In this document: piece by piece, positions 40,647 through 50,570 of the stretch
Position numbering within the stretch: the stretch's first letter is position 1
How the letters are laid out: every line of letters starts with the position of its first letter
Assembly: GCA_963706265.1 (NCBI GenBank)
Contig: CAVPLO010000004.1
Span: 1,171,458-1,235,457 of the forward strand
DNA length: 64,000 bases
DNA from: an uncultured Alphaproteobacteria bacterium
GTDB taxonomy: Bacteria; Pseudomonadota; Alphaproteobacteria; Rhizobiales; Xanthobacteraceae
Direction of reading: 5' to 3'
Translations under genes and position numbers: made by a program
The notes under the pieces: model-generated
Seen by the model: the letters and a program-made list of their open reading frames with translations, nothing else
Told to the model about the DNA's origin: nothing
Database searches by the model: none

Positions 40647-42065
40647 TCACTCATCCAAAACCCAGGTGTCCTTGGTGCCGCCGCCCTGGCTCGAATTGAC
40701 CACCAGCGAGCCTTCCTTCAGCGCGACCCGCGTCAGGCCGCCCGGCACGATGGTCGTGCGTTGGCTTCCCGTCAGTACGAACGGGCGCAAATCGACGTGG
40801 CGAGGCGCGAGCCCCGCCGCGGTGCAGGTCGGGCAGGTCGAGAGCGCGAGCGTCGGCTGGGCGATGAAGCCCTCCGGTTCGCGCTTCAGCTTGTCGCGAA
40901 ACGCCTCGACGGTCGCTTTGGTCGCGGCCGGTCCGATCAGCATGCCGTAACCGCCGGAGCCGTGGACTTCCTTCACGACGAGCTGCTCCAGATGGTCGAG
41001 AACGTAGGCGAGATCCTTCGGCTCGCGGCAGCGCCAGGTCTGCACGTTCTTCAGGATCGGTTCTTCGCTCAGGTAGAATTTCACGATCTCGGGCATGTAG
41101 GAGTAGATCGCCTTGTCGTCGGCGATCCCGGTGCCGACCGCGTTCGCCAGCGTGATGTTGCCGGCGGCATAGGCCGACATCAGCCCGGGCACGCCGAGCG
41201 CAGAGTCGGGGCGGAAGGTGAGGGGATCGATGAAGTCGTCGTCGAGCCGGCGGTAGATGACATCGACGCGTTTGAGGCCTTCGGTCGTGCGCATGAAAAC
41301 CTCGTCGTCCTTGACGATGAGGTCGCGGCCCTCGACCAGTTCGATGCCGAGCTTGTCGGCGAGGAATGAATGTTCGTAGTAGGCCGAGTTGTAGACCCCA
41401 GGCGTCATCAGCGCGACCGTCGGTTCGCCGGCAGCACTGTGTGGTGCCACCGACCGGAGCGCCGACAACAGCTCGTCCGGATATTTCTCGACCGGCGCGA
41501 TGCGGTGCCGCGCAAACAAATCGGGAAACAGCCGCATCATGATTTCGCGGTTTTCCAGCATGTAGGAGACGCCGGACGGCGTGCGGGCATTGTCCTCGAG
41601 CACGATGAAGCTGTCCGCATCGGTGCGGATGATGTCGATGCCGGCGACGTGGACATAGATGTCGTGCGGCACGTCCTGGCCGTTCATCTCGGGGCGGAAC
41701 ACCGGGTTCTGAAAGATCAGGTCCTCCGGCACGATGTTGGCGCGCAGGATGTCGCGGCCGTGATAGATGTCGCGCAGGAACATGTTGAGCGCGCGCACGC
41801 GCTGCTTCAGTCCCTTTTCAAGCAGTGCCCATTCCTTCGCCGACATGATTCTGGGAATGACGTCGAAGGGGATCAGCCGTTCCTGGGCTTCCGCATCGCC
41901 ATAGACGGCGAAGGTGATGCCAATCCGGCGGAACAGGAGTTCGGCCTCCTGGCGGCGATATTCCAGCGCGTCCGGCGGCGTCTCCTTCAGCCAGCGGGAG
42001 AGCTCCTGATAGGCTGGGCGAAGGTCCGCGCCCAAGCCGTTCATTTCATCGAAGGCAACCGCCAT
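40647..42065 (-). CDS. Circularly permuted type 2 ATP-grasp protein
   Basis: GITFAVYG, VLEDNARTPSGVSY, RHVDLRPF, VVNSSQGGGTKDTWV. Confidence 0.92.
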   Translation of the reverse strand: MAVAFDEMNGLGADLRPAYQELSRWLKETPPDALEYRRQEAELLFRRIGITFAVYGDAEAQERLIPFDVIPRIMSAKEWALLEKGLKQRVRALNMFLRDIYHGRDILRANIVPEDLIFQNPVFRPEMNGQDVPHDIYVHVAGIDIIRTDADSFIVLEDNARTPSGVSYMLENREIMMRLFPDLFARHRIAPVEKYPDELLSALRSVAPHSAAGEPTVALMTPGVYNSAYYEHSFLADKLGIELVEGRDLIVKDDEVFMRTTEGLKRVDVIYRRLDDDFIDPLTFRPDSALGVPGLMSAYAAGNITLANAVGTGIADDKAIYSYMPEIVKFYLSEEPILKNVQTWRCREPKDLAYVLDHLEQLVVKEVHGSGGYGMLIGPAATKATVEAFRDKLKREPEGFIAQPTLALSTCPTCTAAGLAPRHVDLRPFVLTGSQRTTIVPGGLTRVALKEGSLVVNSSQGGGTKDTWVLDE

Positions 42066-42330
42066 GAATTTTCGACCGTCCCCCTGAAGCCACCGCTACA
42101 CTGCATGACTTCGCAGGATCGTAGCAAGGCCGAAGAGAGGACGGTAGCAACGTCGAAGCGGGCACGATATGGATGGGTCCGATCATGCGCTGGGGATGAC
42201 GGGACAACCTGCTGAAAAAACAGCTTGCGGCCGCCCATTTCGGCAGCAAAATCCGGTCCGACATCAAGACCTTGGCCGGGCCAGCGGCGTCCGGTCAAAG
42301 TGCGGGCTAAAAGTCCGCGTAGGAGTGACT

Positions 42331-43068
42331 ATGAGCGAGATCGTCACGGCGGGAATCCTGGTGATCGGCGACGAGATCCTGTCCGGGCGGACCAAGGACA
42401 AGAACATCGGCTTCATCGCCGAATACCTCACCAATATCGGCATCGACCTGAAGGAAGTGCGGGTCGTGGCCGACGAAGAGCCCGAGATCATCACGGCATT
42501 GGATGCACTGCGTCATCGCTATACCTACGTCTTCACCACCGGCGGCATCGGTCCAACCCATGACGACATCACCGCCGACAGCGTCGCCAAGGCCTTCGGC
42601 GTCGGCATCGACCATCATCCGGACGTCGTGGCGCGCTTTCGCGAGCGCTGGGGCGAGGCGGATCTGAACGAAGCGCGGCTGCGCATGGCCCGCATCCCCG
42701 ATGGCGCCGAGCTGATCCAGAGCGCCACCATCCTCGCGCCCGGCTTCAAGCTCGGCAATGTCATCGTGATGGCCGGGGTGCCGACGATCATGCAGGCCAT
42801 GATGGACATCGTGACGCCGAAACTGAAATCCGGCGTGCGGATGCTGTCGGACAGCATTCGCGCCAACGCGCGGGAAGGCGATATCGGCGGACCCTTGCGC
42901 GAAATCGCTCAAGCTCATCCAGATACCATCATCGGCAGCTATCCCTTCACCGATGAAGACAGGAAGCCGAACACCAATCTCGTGGTCCGCTCGCGCGATC
43001 CGGAAAAGCTCGCATCGGCGATGAATGCGGTGAAGGACATGCTGGCGGGATTGAACGTCGCTCGCTAA
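42331..43068 (+). CDS. CinA-like molybdopterin-binding domain protein
   Basis: [25 protein letters not shown]. Confidence 0.88.
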   Translation: MSEIVTAGILVIGDEILSGRTKDKNIGFIAEYLTNIGIDLKEVRVVADEEPEIITALDALRHRYTYVFTTGGIGPTHDDITADSVAKAFGVGIDHHPDVVARFRERWGEADLNEARLRMARIPDGAELIQSATILAPGFKLGNVIVMAGVPTIMQAMMDIVTPKLKSGVRMLSDSIRANAREGDIGGPLREIAQAHPDTIIGSYPFTDEDRKPNTNLVVRSRDPEKLASAMNAVKDMLAGLNVAR

Positions 43069-43099
43069 AGCGCAAGCGAAAGATCCAGGAGAAAATCTG

Positions 43100-43624
43100 A
43101 TGGCGGAGCATCCGGAATTGAGCGCGCAGGAGCGGGCGGGCAAGCCCTTTCCGGTGTCGTGGGACCAGTTTCACCGGGATTGCCGGGCGCTGACCTGGCG
43201 GCTCAACGAAGTCGGCCCGTTTCATGCCGTCATCGCGATCACCCGCGGCGGTCTGGTGCCGGCGGCCATCGTCGCGCGCGAACTTGGGGTGCGCATCATC
43301 GATACGGTTTGCGTAGCAAGCTACGATCACACCAATCAGGGCGATCTGAAGGTGCTCAAGGGCATTGCGGCCGACACCGCCAAACTCGGCGGCGGCACCG
43401 GCAAGGGACTTCTGATCGTCGATGACCTCGTCGATACCGGCAAGACCGGGCGGCTGGTGCGCGACATGCTGCCGGATGCGCATTTCGCCACCATCTATGC
43501 CAAGCCCAAGGGAAGGCCGCTGGTCGACACCTTCATCACCGAGGTGTCGCAGGATACCTGGATCTTCTTTCCCTGGGATACCGCGCTGTCGTTCCAGCCG
43601 CCGATCCGCGACGGCGCGGCGTGA
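43100..43624 (+). CDS. gpt: Xanthine-guanine phosphoribosyltransferase
   Basis: [30 protein letters not shown]. Confidence 0.93.
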   Translation: MAEHPELSAQERAGKPFPVSWDQFHRDCRALTWRLNEVGPFHAVIAITRGGLVPAAIVARELGVRIIDTVCVASYDHTNQGDLKVLKGIAADTAKLGGGTGKGLLIVDDLVDTGKTGRLVRDMLPDAHFATIYAKPKGRPLVDTFITEVSQDTWIFFPWDTALSFQPPIRDGAA

Positions 43625-43629
43625 CAGAG

Positions 43630-43694
43630 AGCGAATAGCGAATGGGGAGTGGCGAATAGGGTTGCCTCATTCGCTATTCGCTACTCACTATTCG
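43630..43694. repeat. Heptamer-built inverted repeat
   Basis: gcgaatagcgaatggggagtggcgaatag...ctattcgctactcactattcgc. Confidence 0.65.
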
Positions 43695-43704
43695 CGTGAA
43701 ACAT

Positions 43705-44331
43705 ATGCCCCTGCAAAACCGCGTGCTGCCATCAGGAGAAATCGTTGCGATCCCCGCGCGCGGAATGTTTGTCGGCAATCGCGGCATCATCCACGATCCC
43801 GCAACGAAAACGCTTCTCAGGAAGCGCTGGTCGACCGACGCCTGGCTCACCTGCGTGCTGGAATTCCGCGGCCGCCGGCGCAAGGTGATGGAACGGCAAA
43901 GCTGGACCGAACTGTTCTTTCTCGATGAAGCCACCTCTTTTGCGGCGGGGCACCGGCCCTGTTTCTATTGCCGGCGCGAGGATGCCAACCGATTTCGGGC
44001 CGCGTGGGAAAAGGGCAATCGCACGGGCGAGGTCCTCGCGCCCGAGATGGATGCGGTGTTGCATCGCCAACGCCTGGCCAGCGGCAAGAGGCTGCATCCA
44101 TTGCCGAGAGCACTCGAAAAACTGCCCGACGGCACGATGGTTCAGGCCGGCGAGGAGAGTTATCTGATCGCGCAGGGAAGGCCGCTGTTGTGGTCGCCGT
44201 CCGGTTATCGCGCGGTGAAGGGCAGCATCGGGGACGCGAAACTGCTGACGCCGCCTTCGACCGTGCGCGCGTTTGCGGCGGGTTATCGGCCGGTGCTGCA
44301 TCCGAGCGCGGGGAAAGCGACGGGGAAGTAG
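43705..44331 (+). CDS. Conserved hypothetical protein
   Basis: MPLQNRV, GNRGIIH, ELFFLDEAT..AAGHRPCFYCRR, LHPS. Confidence 0.78.
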   Translation: MPLQNRVLPSGEIVAIPARGMFVGNRGIIHDPATKTLLRKRWSTDAWLTCVLEFRGRRRKVMERQSWTELFFLDEATSFAAGHRPCFYCRREDANRFRAAWEKGNRTGEVLAPEMDAVLHRQRLASGKRLHPLPRALEKLPDGTMVQAGEESYLIAQGRPLLWSPSGYRAVKGSIGDAKLLTPPSTVRAFAAGYRPVLHPSAGKATGK

Positions 44332-44332
44332 T

Positions 44333-44483
44333 CGTGTCCGGGGCGCACCTGCGGCGCCGTAAGCGCGTTCACGCGCGTCTTCGACGCGCTATGGCGACGC
44401 TGTGCAGAACCGGGACCCGGCAAAGCGGCGTGGGTCCCGCATCTGCGGTGCAACACTGCGTGTCGCACCGCGTGCGGGACACG
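44333..44483. repeat. REP-like mosaic (gtgtcccgg...ccgggacac family)
   Basis: Terminal inverted cgtgtcc.gg / gggacacg; partial copy at 23625-23676. Confidence 0.55.
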
Positions 44484-44488
44484 AAGTC

Positions 44489-45511
44489 TCACCCCAATTT
44501 CTGCCGTGCCAGTTTCGCGCCCGCGCCGAGCGCCATCAGCTTGGCCTCCGCGATATCGCGGTGCATCGGCGCCATGCCGCAATTGGTGGTCGGGATGATG
44601 TCGCTCTTGGCTACATATTTCGAGACAGCCTCGATGACATCGACGACATCCTCGGCGGTCTCCACCGTGTCGTTGGCGACATCGATCACGCCGGCCTGCA
44701 CTTTCTTGCCCTTGAGCAGGCCGAGAAGTTCGAGCGGCACGTGCGAATTGCGGCACTCGATTGCGACCTGGCCGATGATGCTTTTCGCAATCGCCGGGAA
44801 AGTGTCCTCGTATTGCCGCCACTCATTGCCGAGCGTCTGCTTCCAGTCGGTATTGGCCTTGATGCCATAGCCGTAGCAGATGTGAACGGCGGTGGCGCAG
44901 GTCAGACCTTCAGCGGCGCGTTCCAGCGCCTTGACGCCCCAGTCTTTGACTTCATCCATGTAGACATTGAAGGCCGGCTCATCGAACTGGATGACGTCGA
45001 CGCCATCGGCCTGCAACGCCTTGGCTTCCTGGTTGAGCAATTCGGCAAAGGCAAACGCCATCTTGACGCGATCGCCGTAATATTTGTCGGCGATGGTGTC
45101 GATGATGGTCATCGGCCCGGGCATGGTGAATTTCAGCTTCCGCGTGGTGTGGGTGCGGGCAACGCGCGCCTCGTCGGCATGGACGCGGCCCTTCAGCCGC
45201 AGCGGCGCCACCACCTGCGGCACCATCGCCTTGTAGCGATCGTTGCGGATGCCCATTTCGACCTTATGCGCGAAATCGATGCCTTCGACCTTCTCGAGGA
45301 AGCCATGGACGAAATGCTGCCGCGCCTGCTCGCCCTCGGTGACGATGTCGACGCCGGCGTCTTCCTGAAGCTTCACCGCGAGCACGGTCGCATCGCGCTT
45401 GGCGCGGACCAGTTCGTCGCCCTGCGATTTCCAGGGCGCCCAAAGCTTGTTCGGCTCGGCCAGCCATTCGGGCTTGGGCAGGGAGCCGGCAATCGTGGTC
45501 GGGAACAGCAT
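44489..45511 (-). CDS. Short cobalamin-independent methionine synthase catalytic-domain protein (MesD-like)
   Basis: GSLPKPEWLA, QFDEPAFN, Zn ligands HICYGYG and NCGM. Confidence 0.85.
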   Translation of the reverse strand: MLFPTTIAGSLPKPEWLAEPNKLWAPWKSQGDELVRAKRDATVLAVKLQEDAGVDIVTEGEQARQHFVHGFLEKVEGIDFAHKVEMGIRNDRYKAMVPQVVAPLRLKGRVHADEARVARTHTTRKLKFTMPGPMTIIDTIADKYYGDRVKMAFAFAELLNQEAKALQADGVDVIQFDEPAFNVYMDEVKDWGVKALERAAEGLTCATAVHICYGYGIKANTDWKQTLGNEWRQYEDTFPAIAKSIIGQVAIECRNSHVPLELLGLLKGKKVQAGVIDVANDTVETAEDVVDVIEAVSKYVAKSDIIPTTNCGMAPMHRDIAEAKLMALGAGAKLARQKLG

Positions 45512-45654
45512 GGGGGCGCGTCCTCCAAGTTTCGTGATTTGTTAGAGGCGTCTAATGCCATGTCCGAAGGCCGAGGTACATTGGATTTCCAACGGTGGAA
45601 TGCGACCAAAGCAGGGGGTAGGATGGGCCGTCGCTTCATCTTGCGGAATTCCCC

Positions 45655-46359
45655 ATGATTGACCTCTATTACGCGCCGACGCCGAACGGCTGGAAGATCT
45701 CGATCATGCTGGAGGAGCTCGGCGTTCCCTATACGGTCAAGCCCGTCAACATTCGCGCCGGCGACCAGTTCAAGCCGGAATTTCTCGCGATCAGCCCGAA
45801 CAACCGCATTCCCGCGATCGTCGACCATGCGCCACCCGACGGCGGCGGGCCGTTCTCGGTGTTCGAGACCGGCGCGATCCTGATCTATCTCGCCGACAAG
45901 GTCGGGCGCTTCCTGCCGACTGAACTGCGCGCGCGGTCGGTCGTGATCCAGTGGGTGATGTGGCAGATGGGAGGGCTCGGGCCGATGCTCGGCCAGCACG
46001 GGCATTTCGCGCTCTATGCGCCTACGAGGATTCCCTATGCCATCCAGCGCTACCGCGACGAGGCGGCGCGGCTTTATCACGTGCTCGACATGCAACTCGG
46101 CAAGACAAGCGCCTATGTCGCGGGCCGCGACTATTCGATCGCCGACATCGCCTGCTTTCCCTGGACCATGACCCACAAGGCGCAAGGCTTTACGCTCGAC
46201 GACTATCCGAACGTCAAGCGCTGGTACGCCGACGTTCGTGCGCGGCCGCAGGTGCAGGCGGGCCTCGCGATCGGCAAATTCGTCAAGGAGCCGTTCGATG
46301 AAGAGGCGCGCAAGAACATGTTCGGTCAGCGCGCCAAGGAAGTGACGGGGAAGACGTGA
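45655..46359 (+). CDS. Glutathione S-transferase (YfcG-like)
   Basis: TPNGWKI, SPNNRIPAIVD, WQMGGLGPM.GQ. Confidence 0.9.
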   Translation: MIDLYYAPTPNGWKISIMLEELGVPYTVKPVNIRAGDQFKPEFLAISPNNRIPAIVDHAPPDGGGPFSVFETGAILIYLADKVGRFLPTELRARSVVIQWVMWQMGGLGPMLGQHGHFALYAPTRIPYAIQRYRDEAARLYHVLDMQLGKTSAYVAGRDYSIADIACFPWTMTHKAQGFTLDDYPNVKRWYADVRARPQVQAGLAIGKFVKEPFDEEARKNMFGQRAKEVTGKT

Positions 46360-46369
46360 GATGCCTCAT

Positions 46370-46452
46370 CGTCATTGCGAGGAGCGAATGCGACGAAGCA
46401 ATCCAGAGTCGTTTGCGTAACGCTGGATTGCTTCGCTTCGCTCGCAATGACG
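46370..46452. repeat. REP-like palindrome, copy 3
   Basis: cgtcattgcgag...ctcgcaatgacg. Confidence 0.8.
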
Positions 46453-46481
46453 AGCTATCTATCCAACAATAAGGAAACGCC

Positions 46482-47090
46482 ATGATCGAATTCTTCTTCG
46501 ACTGTTCCAGCCCCTGGACCTATCTCGCTTTCCACAACATCCAGCCGCTCGCGCGAGAGTTCGATCAAGAAATCTCGTGGCGGCCGATCCTGGTCGGCGG
46601 CATCTTCAACACCGTCAATCCGAGCGTCTATGCCCGGCGCGAAAACCCGGTAGCGGCCAAGATCGCCTACGACAAAAAGGACATGGCGGACTGGGCGCGC
46701 GTCTCGGGCCTCACCATCAAGATGCGGCCGACGGTGTTCCCGGTGAACAGCGTCAAGGCGATGCGCGGCTGCATTTGGCTCGGCAACGACATGCTGCCGT
46801 TTGCCCGCACGGTGTTCCAGGTCTATTGGGGCGAGGACCAGGATATCTCGCAAGACGCAGTGCTGACCGAAGTCAGCCAGCGTGTCGGCGTTGATCCCAA
46901 GGCGTTCTTCGCCGGCATCGGCGATCAGAAGATCAAGGATCAACTCAAGGCCAACACGGACGAGGCGATGGCGCGGGGCGGGTTTGGCTCGCCGACGATC
47001 TTCCTCGACAAGACCGATATGTATTTCGGCAACGACCGCCTGCCGTTGCTCCGCGATGCATTGACGCGGCGGAAGGCGAGCGCGGCGTAA
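46482..47090 (+). CDS. 2-hydroxychromene-2-carboxylate isomerase / GST-kappa family
   Basis: FFFDCSSPWTY, GFGSPT, FGNDRL. Confidence 0.88.
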   Translation: MIEFFFDCSSPWTYLAFHNIQPLAREFDQEISWRPILVGGIFNTVNPSVYARRENPVAAKIAYDKKDMADWARVSGLTIKMRPTVFPVNSVKAMRGCIWLGNDMLPFARTVFQVYWGEDQDISQDAVLTEVSQRVGVDPKAFFAGIGDQKIKDQLKANTDEAMARGGFGSPTIFLDKTDMYFGNDRLPLLRDALTRRKASAA

Positions 47091-48070
47091 TGCCGAAACA
47101 TGTGATCTGCCGCGAACTCGGGCCGCCCGAGCGGCTGCGGTTTGAGACGTTTGCTTCGAAGCCGCTTGCCGCGGGCGAAGTACGCGTGGCCGTGCGCGCC
47201 GCCGGAATCAATTTCCCCGATATTTTGATGGCGGCGGGCGAGTATCAGCTCAAGCCGGAGCTGCCGTTCACGCCGGGGGTGGAAGCGGCGGGCGAGGTGA
47301 CCGAAATCGCCGACGGTGTTGGCGGTGTCGCTGTCGGCGACCGCGTGATCGTCAAAATGCGACATGGCGCCTACGCCGAGGAAGTCGTCGTTACGCCGTC
47401 GCAACTGACGCCGTTGCCAAAAAACTTCGATGAGGCGGAAGGCGCGACATTTCTTGCCGCGCATGGCACCGCTTATCACGCGCTGGTCGATCGGGCTCAG
47501 CTTCTACGCGGCGAGGTTTTGTTAGTGCATGGCGCCGGCGGCGGTGTCGGGCTTGCGACGGTCGAGATCGGCAAGCTTCTCGGCGCCACCGTCATCGCGG
47601 CGGCATCTTCGGAGGAAAAGCTCGCGGTCGCCAAAGAGAAGGGCGCCGCCCACCTCATCCTCTATGCGCGCGAGCCGTTTCGCGACGTGGTCAAGAGGAT
47701 CACCGATGGCCGCGGCGCCGACGTGGTGTTCGATCCCGTGGGCGGAGAGATTTTCGAAAACAGCTTGCGCTGCATCGACTGGGGCGCGCGTATCCTGGTG
47801 GTCGGATTCACCGGCGGCATCGGGCTTGCCCGCACCAATCTCTTGATGATCAAGGGCGCCAGCGTGCTCGGCGTTCGCGCCGGCGAAGCGGCGCGCAAAA
47901 ATCCGGCGCTCGGCGAAGAGCGGCTAAAGACACTATTGGCGTGGGCGGCGGGGGGACATGTGCGGCCGCATCTCTCGCATCGCCTGCCGCTGGAAGACTA
48001 CGCGCAAGCGATGCGGCTTTTGATCGACCGCAAGGCGATCGGCCGGGTCGCGTTGGTGATGGGCACTTAA
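47090..48070 (+). CDS. NADPH:quinone oxidoreductase (zeta-crystallin family)
   Basis: GINFPD, GAGGGVG, DVVFDPVGG. Confidence 0.9.
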   Translation: MPKHVICRELGPPERLRFETFASKPLAAGEVRVAVRAAGINFPDILMAAGEYQLKPELPFTPGVEAAGEVTEIADGVGGVAVGDRVIVKMRHGAYAEEVVVTPSQLTPLPKNFDEAEGATFLAAHGTAYHALVDRAQLLRGEVLLVHGAGGGVGLATVEIGKLLGATVIAAASSEEKLAVAKEKGAAHLILYAREPFRDVVKRITDGRGADVVFDPVGGEIFENSLRCIDWGARILVVGFTGGIGLARTNLLMIKGASVLGVRAGEAARKNPALGEERLKTLLAWAAGGHVRPHLSHRLPLEDYAQAMRLLIDRKAIGRVALVMGT

Positions 48071-48219
48071 TCCCTCCCCCGCGAAGCGTGGGGAGGGTGG
48101 CCGGTCGAAGACCGGTCGGGTGGGGGTACCTCTGCAACTGCAACTCTCAAGGTTCGGGCGTGCCGAAAGCACCCCCACCCCGGCGCTTCGCGCCGACCCT
48201 CCCCACAAGGGGGAGGGAT
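48070..48219. repeat. REP-like cluster (ctcccc...ggggag family)
   Basis: Multiple GC palindromes between convergent genes. Confidence 0.7.
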
Positions 48220-48239
48220 CAGGAGAGAGCCGCGATGAC

Positions 48240-49130
48240 TTACTCATACTCCCGCTCGTCCCACCACGGGAAAAAATCCGGCATGTCGGACGATACCTTG
48301 TCCTTGAAGTTCGCCGGCCGCTTTTCCAGAAACGACATCACGCCTTCCTTGACATCGCCGGAGCGGCCGCGGCTGTAGATCCCGCGGCTATCGACCTTGT
48401 GCGCTTCCATCGGATCGTCGGTACCCGACAGGCGCCACATCATCTGGCGGATCAGCGCCACCGATACCGGTGCGGTCTTGCCGGCAATCTCACGTGCAAG
48501 GCCGCGCGCCGTGGTAAGCAGTTCATCCGGCAGAACAACGCGGCTCACCAAACGTCCGGCGAGGGCTTCCTGCGCCGGAAAGACCCGGCCCGTAAAACAC
48601 CACTCCAGCGCCTGCGAGATGCCGACGATGCGCGGCAGGAACCAGCTCGATGCTGCCTCGGGCACGATGCCGCGTTGGGAAAACACAAAGCCGAACCTGG
48701 CGTCTTCCGAAGCGATGCGAATATCCATGGCGAGCTGCATGGTGGCGCCGATGCCGACGGCCGGACCGTTCACGGCAGCGATCACCGGCTTGAGGCATTT
48801 GAAGATGCGCAACGTCACCTGGCCGCCGCCGTCGCGCGCATTCGGATCGCTGTAGTCGACACGGCCGTCGGGCAAGCGTTTGACGGGTCCGCGGCGCGCG
48901 TCGCGGTCGAAGGTGTCCGCGCCGGAGGAAAGGTCGGCCCCGGCGCAAAAGGCGCGCCCCGCGCCGGTGACGATGATGGCCCGGATGTTGTCGTCGGCAT
49001 CGGCTGCATCGAAGGCCTCGATCAGCTCCCGCATCATCGTGGCATTGAAGGCGTTGAGCTTGTCGGGACGGTTCAGCGTGATGGTGAGAATTTGCTCTGA
49101 AACCTCGTAGGTGATGGTTTCGAAGGTCAT
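48240..49130 (-). CDS. Enoyl-CoA hydratase/crotonase family protein
   Basis: LNRPDKLNA, AFCAGADL, KPVIAAVNG. Confidence 0.92.
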   Translation of the reverse strand: MTFETITYEVSEQILTITLNRPDKLNAFNATMMRELIEAFDAADADDNIRAIIVTGAGRAFCAGADLSSGADTFDRDARRGPVKRLPDGRVDYSDPNARDGGGQVTLRIFKCLKPVIAAVNGPAVGIGATMQLAMDIRIASEDARFGFVFSQRGIVPEAASSWFLPRIVGISQALEWCFTGRVFPAQEALAGRLVSRVVLPDELLTTARGLAREIAGKTAPVSVALIRQMMWRLSGTDDPMEAHKVDSRGIYSRGRSGDVKEGVMSFLEKRPANFKDKVSSDMPDFFPWWDEREYE

Positions 49131-49154
49131 GGGGTTTCCTCCCTCGGACGAGCG

Positions 49155-50570
49155 CTACTTCGGCGGCATCGGCCAGGGCCGTTGCGGGCCGCGCAGGGTC
49201 TCGAACGCTTTCGCCATGCCGAGCACCCCGAGATCGTCGAAACGACGGCCGATAATCTGCACGCCGATTGGAAAGCCCGTCGCGTCATAGCCGCCGTTGA
49301 TGGAGATCGCCGGATTCTCCGCCATGTTCCAGGGCACGGTGTAGGCGATGTGCTCGAAGGGGTGATCGGGATCGTTCAGAGGGGCGGCGAGTTCGGCCGG
49401 AAATTTCACGACCGGCGAGACCGGCGAGATCAGGTAGTCGATATCGGCGAAAAGCTTCGCGGCTGCGGCGCGGATCGCCATGGTGGCATTGAAGCCTCTG
49501 ATGACGTCGACGCCCGATAGTTTGGCTCCGGCTTCCGCCCATTTGAGAATGTAGGGAAGCGTCTTGCCGCGTTCGGCGGACGAGAGCTTCGAAAGATCGT
49601 CCCAGAGGCGCGCACGCCAGAAATTATCGAGACCATCGAGCATCGCGCGCGTCACGACGCCCTTGACCTCGCTGACGACAGCGCCGGCGTCTTCAAAGGC
49701 CTTCGCCGCCTTGATCGCAACGTCGTGGACTTCCTGCTCCAGCGCCTGGCCGACGCCGAGGTCGAGCAGAAGCCCGATGCGCAATTTCCGTGCAGGCTTG
49801 TCGAGCGCCTTCCAGTGGATGTCGTTGGGCGGCAGGCTCATGCCGTCGCGGCGGTCGGGCTTTACCATCACGCTCATCATCAGCGCGGCGTCGTCGACGG
49901 TGCGCGTTATCGGACCCGCGACGCGGCCGACATAGGGCGGATCGATCGGCACGCGTCCGAGGCTCGGTTTGAGTGCGACAAGGCCACACCAGCAGGCCGG
50001 CAGGCGCACCGAGCCGCCAATATCGGTGCCAAGATGCAGCGGCCCGTAACCGGCCGCACCGGCCGCACCTGCCCCCGCGCTCGAACCGCCGGGGTTCTGG
50101 CGCAGGTCCCAGGGATTGCGGGTGAGGGGGTGGAAGCTGGAGAGGCCCGACGACAGCATGCCGAAATCCGGCATCGTGGTCTTGGAGAAGATGATCGCGC
50201 CGGCTTCGCGCAGCCGCGCGGCCGGCGGCGCGTCGGCTTCCGCGGGCACCAGCTTCATCGTGGCGGTGCCAAGCGGTACGGCTACGCCCTTGGTCGCGAT
50301 GTTGTCCTTGATGGTGACGGGAACGCCATCGAGCGCCCCATGTGCTTCGCCCTTTTGCCAGCGTTCGGTCGAGGCTTTGGCGGCCTGACGCGCGCCTTCC
50401 GGATCAAAGGCGTAGAGCGCCTTGATGTGAGGCTCCCACACCGCGATATGCGCCAGCACGTCGTCGAGGACTTCGCTCGGCGAGAATTGCCGCGCGCGGA
50501 AGCCCGCGATCAGATCGGTCGCGCTGAGGTCATGAAGCGCGGATACCGCGTCGTTGGAGTTCTTCCTCAA
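49155..50570 (-). CDS. Amidase-signature family amidase
   Basis: GGSSAGAG, GTDIGGSVRLPA. Confidence 0.92.
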   Translation of the reverse strand: MRKNSNDAVSALHDLSATDLIAGFRARQFSPSEVLDDVLAHIAVWEPHIKALYAFDPEGARQAAKASTERWQKGEAHGALDGVPVTIKDNIATKGVAVPLGTATMKLVPAEADAPPAARLREAGAIIFSKTTMPDFGMLSSGLSSFHPLTRNPWDLRQNPGGSSAGAGAAGAAGYGPLHLGTDIGGSVRLPACWCGLVALKPSLGRVPIDPPYVGRVAGPITRTVDDAALMMSVMVKPDRRDGMSLPPNDIHWKALDKPARKLRIGLLLDLGVGQALEQEVHDVAIKAAKAFEDAGAVVSEVKGVVTRAMLDGLDNFWRARLWDDLSKLSSAERGKTLPYILKWAEAGAKLSGVDVIRGFNATMAIRAAAAKLFADIDYLISPVSPVVKFPAELAAPLNDPDHPFEHIAYTVPWNMAENPAISINGGYDATGFPIGVQIIGRRFDDLGVLGMAKAFETLRGPQRPWPMPPK

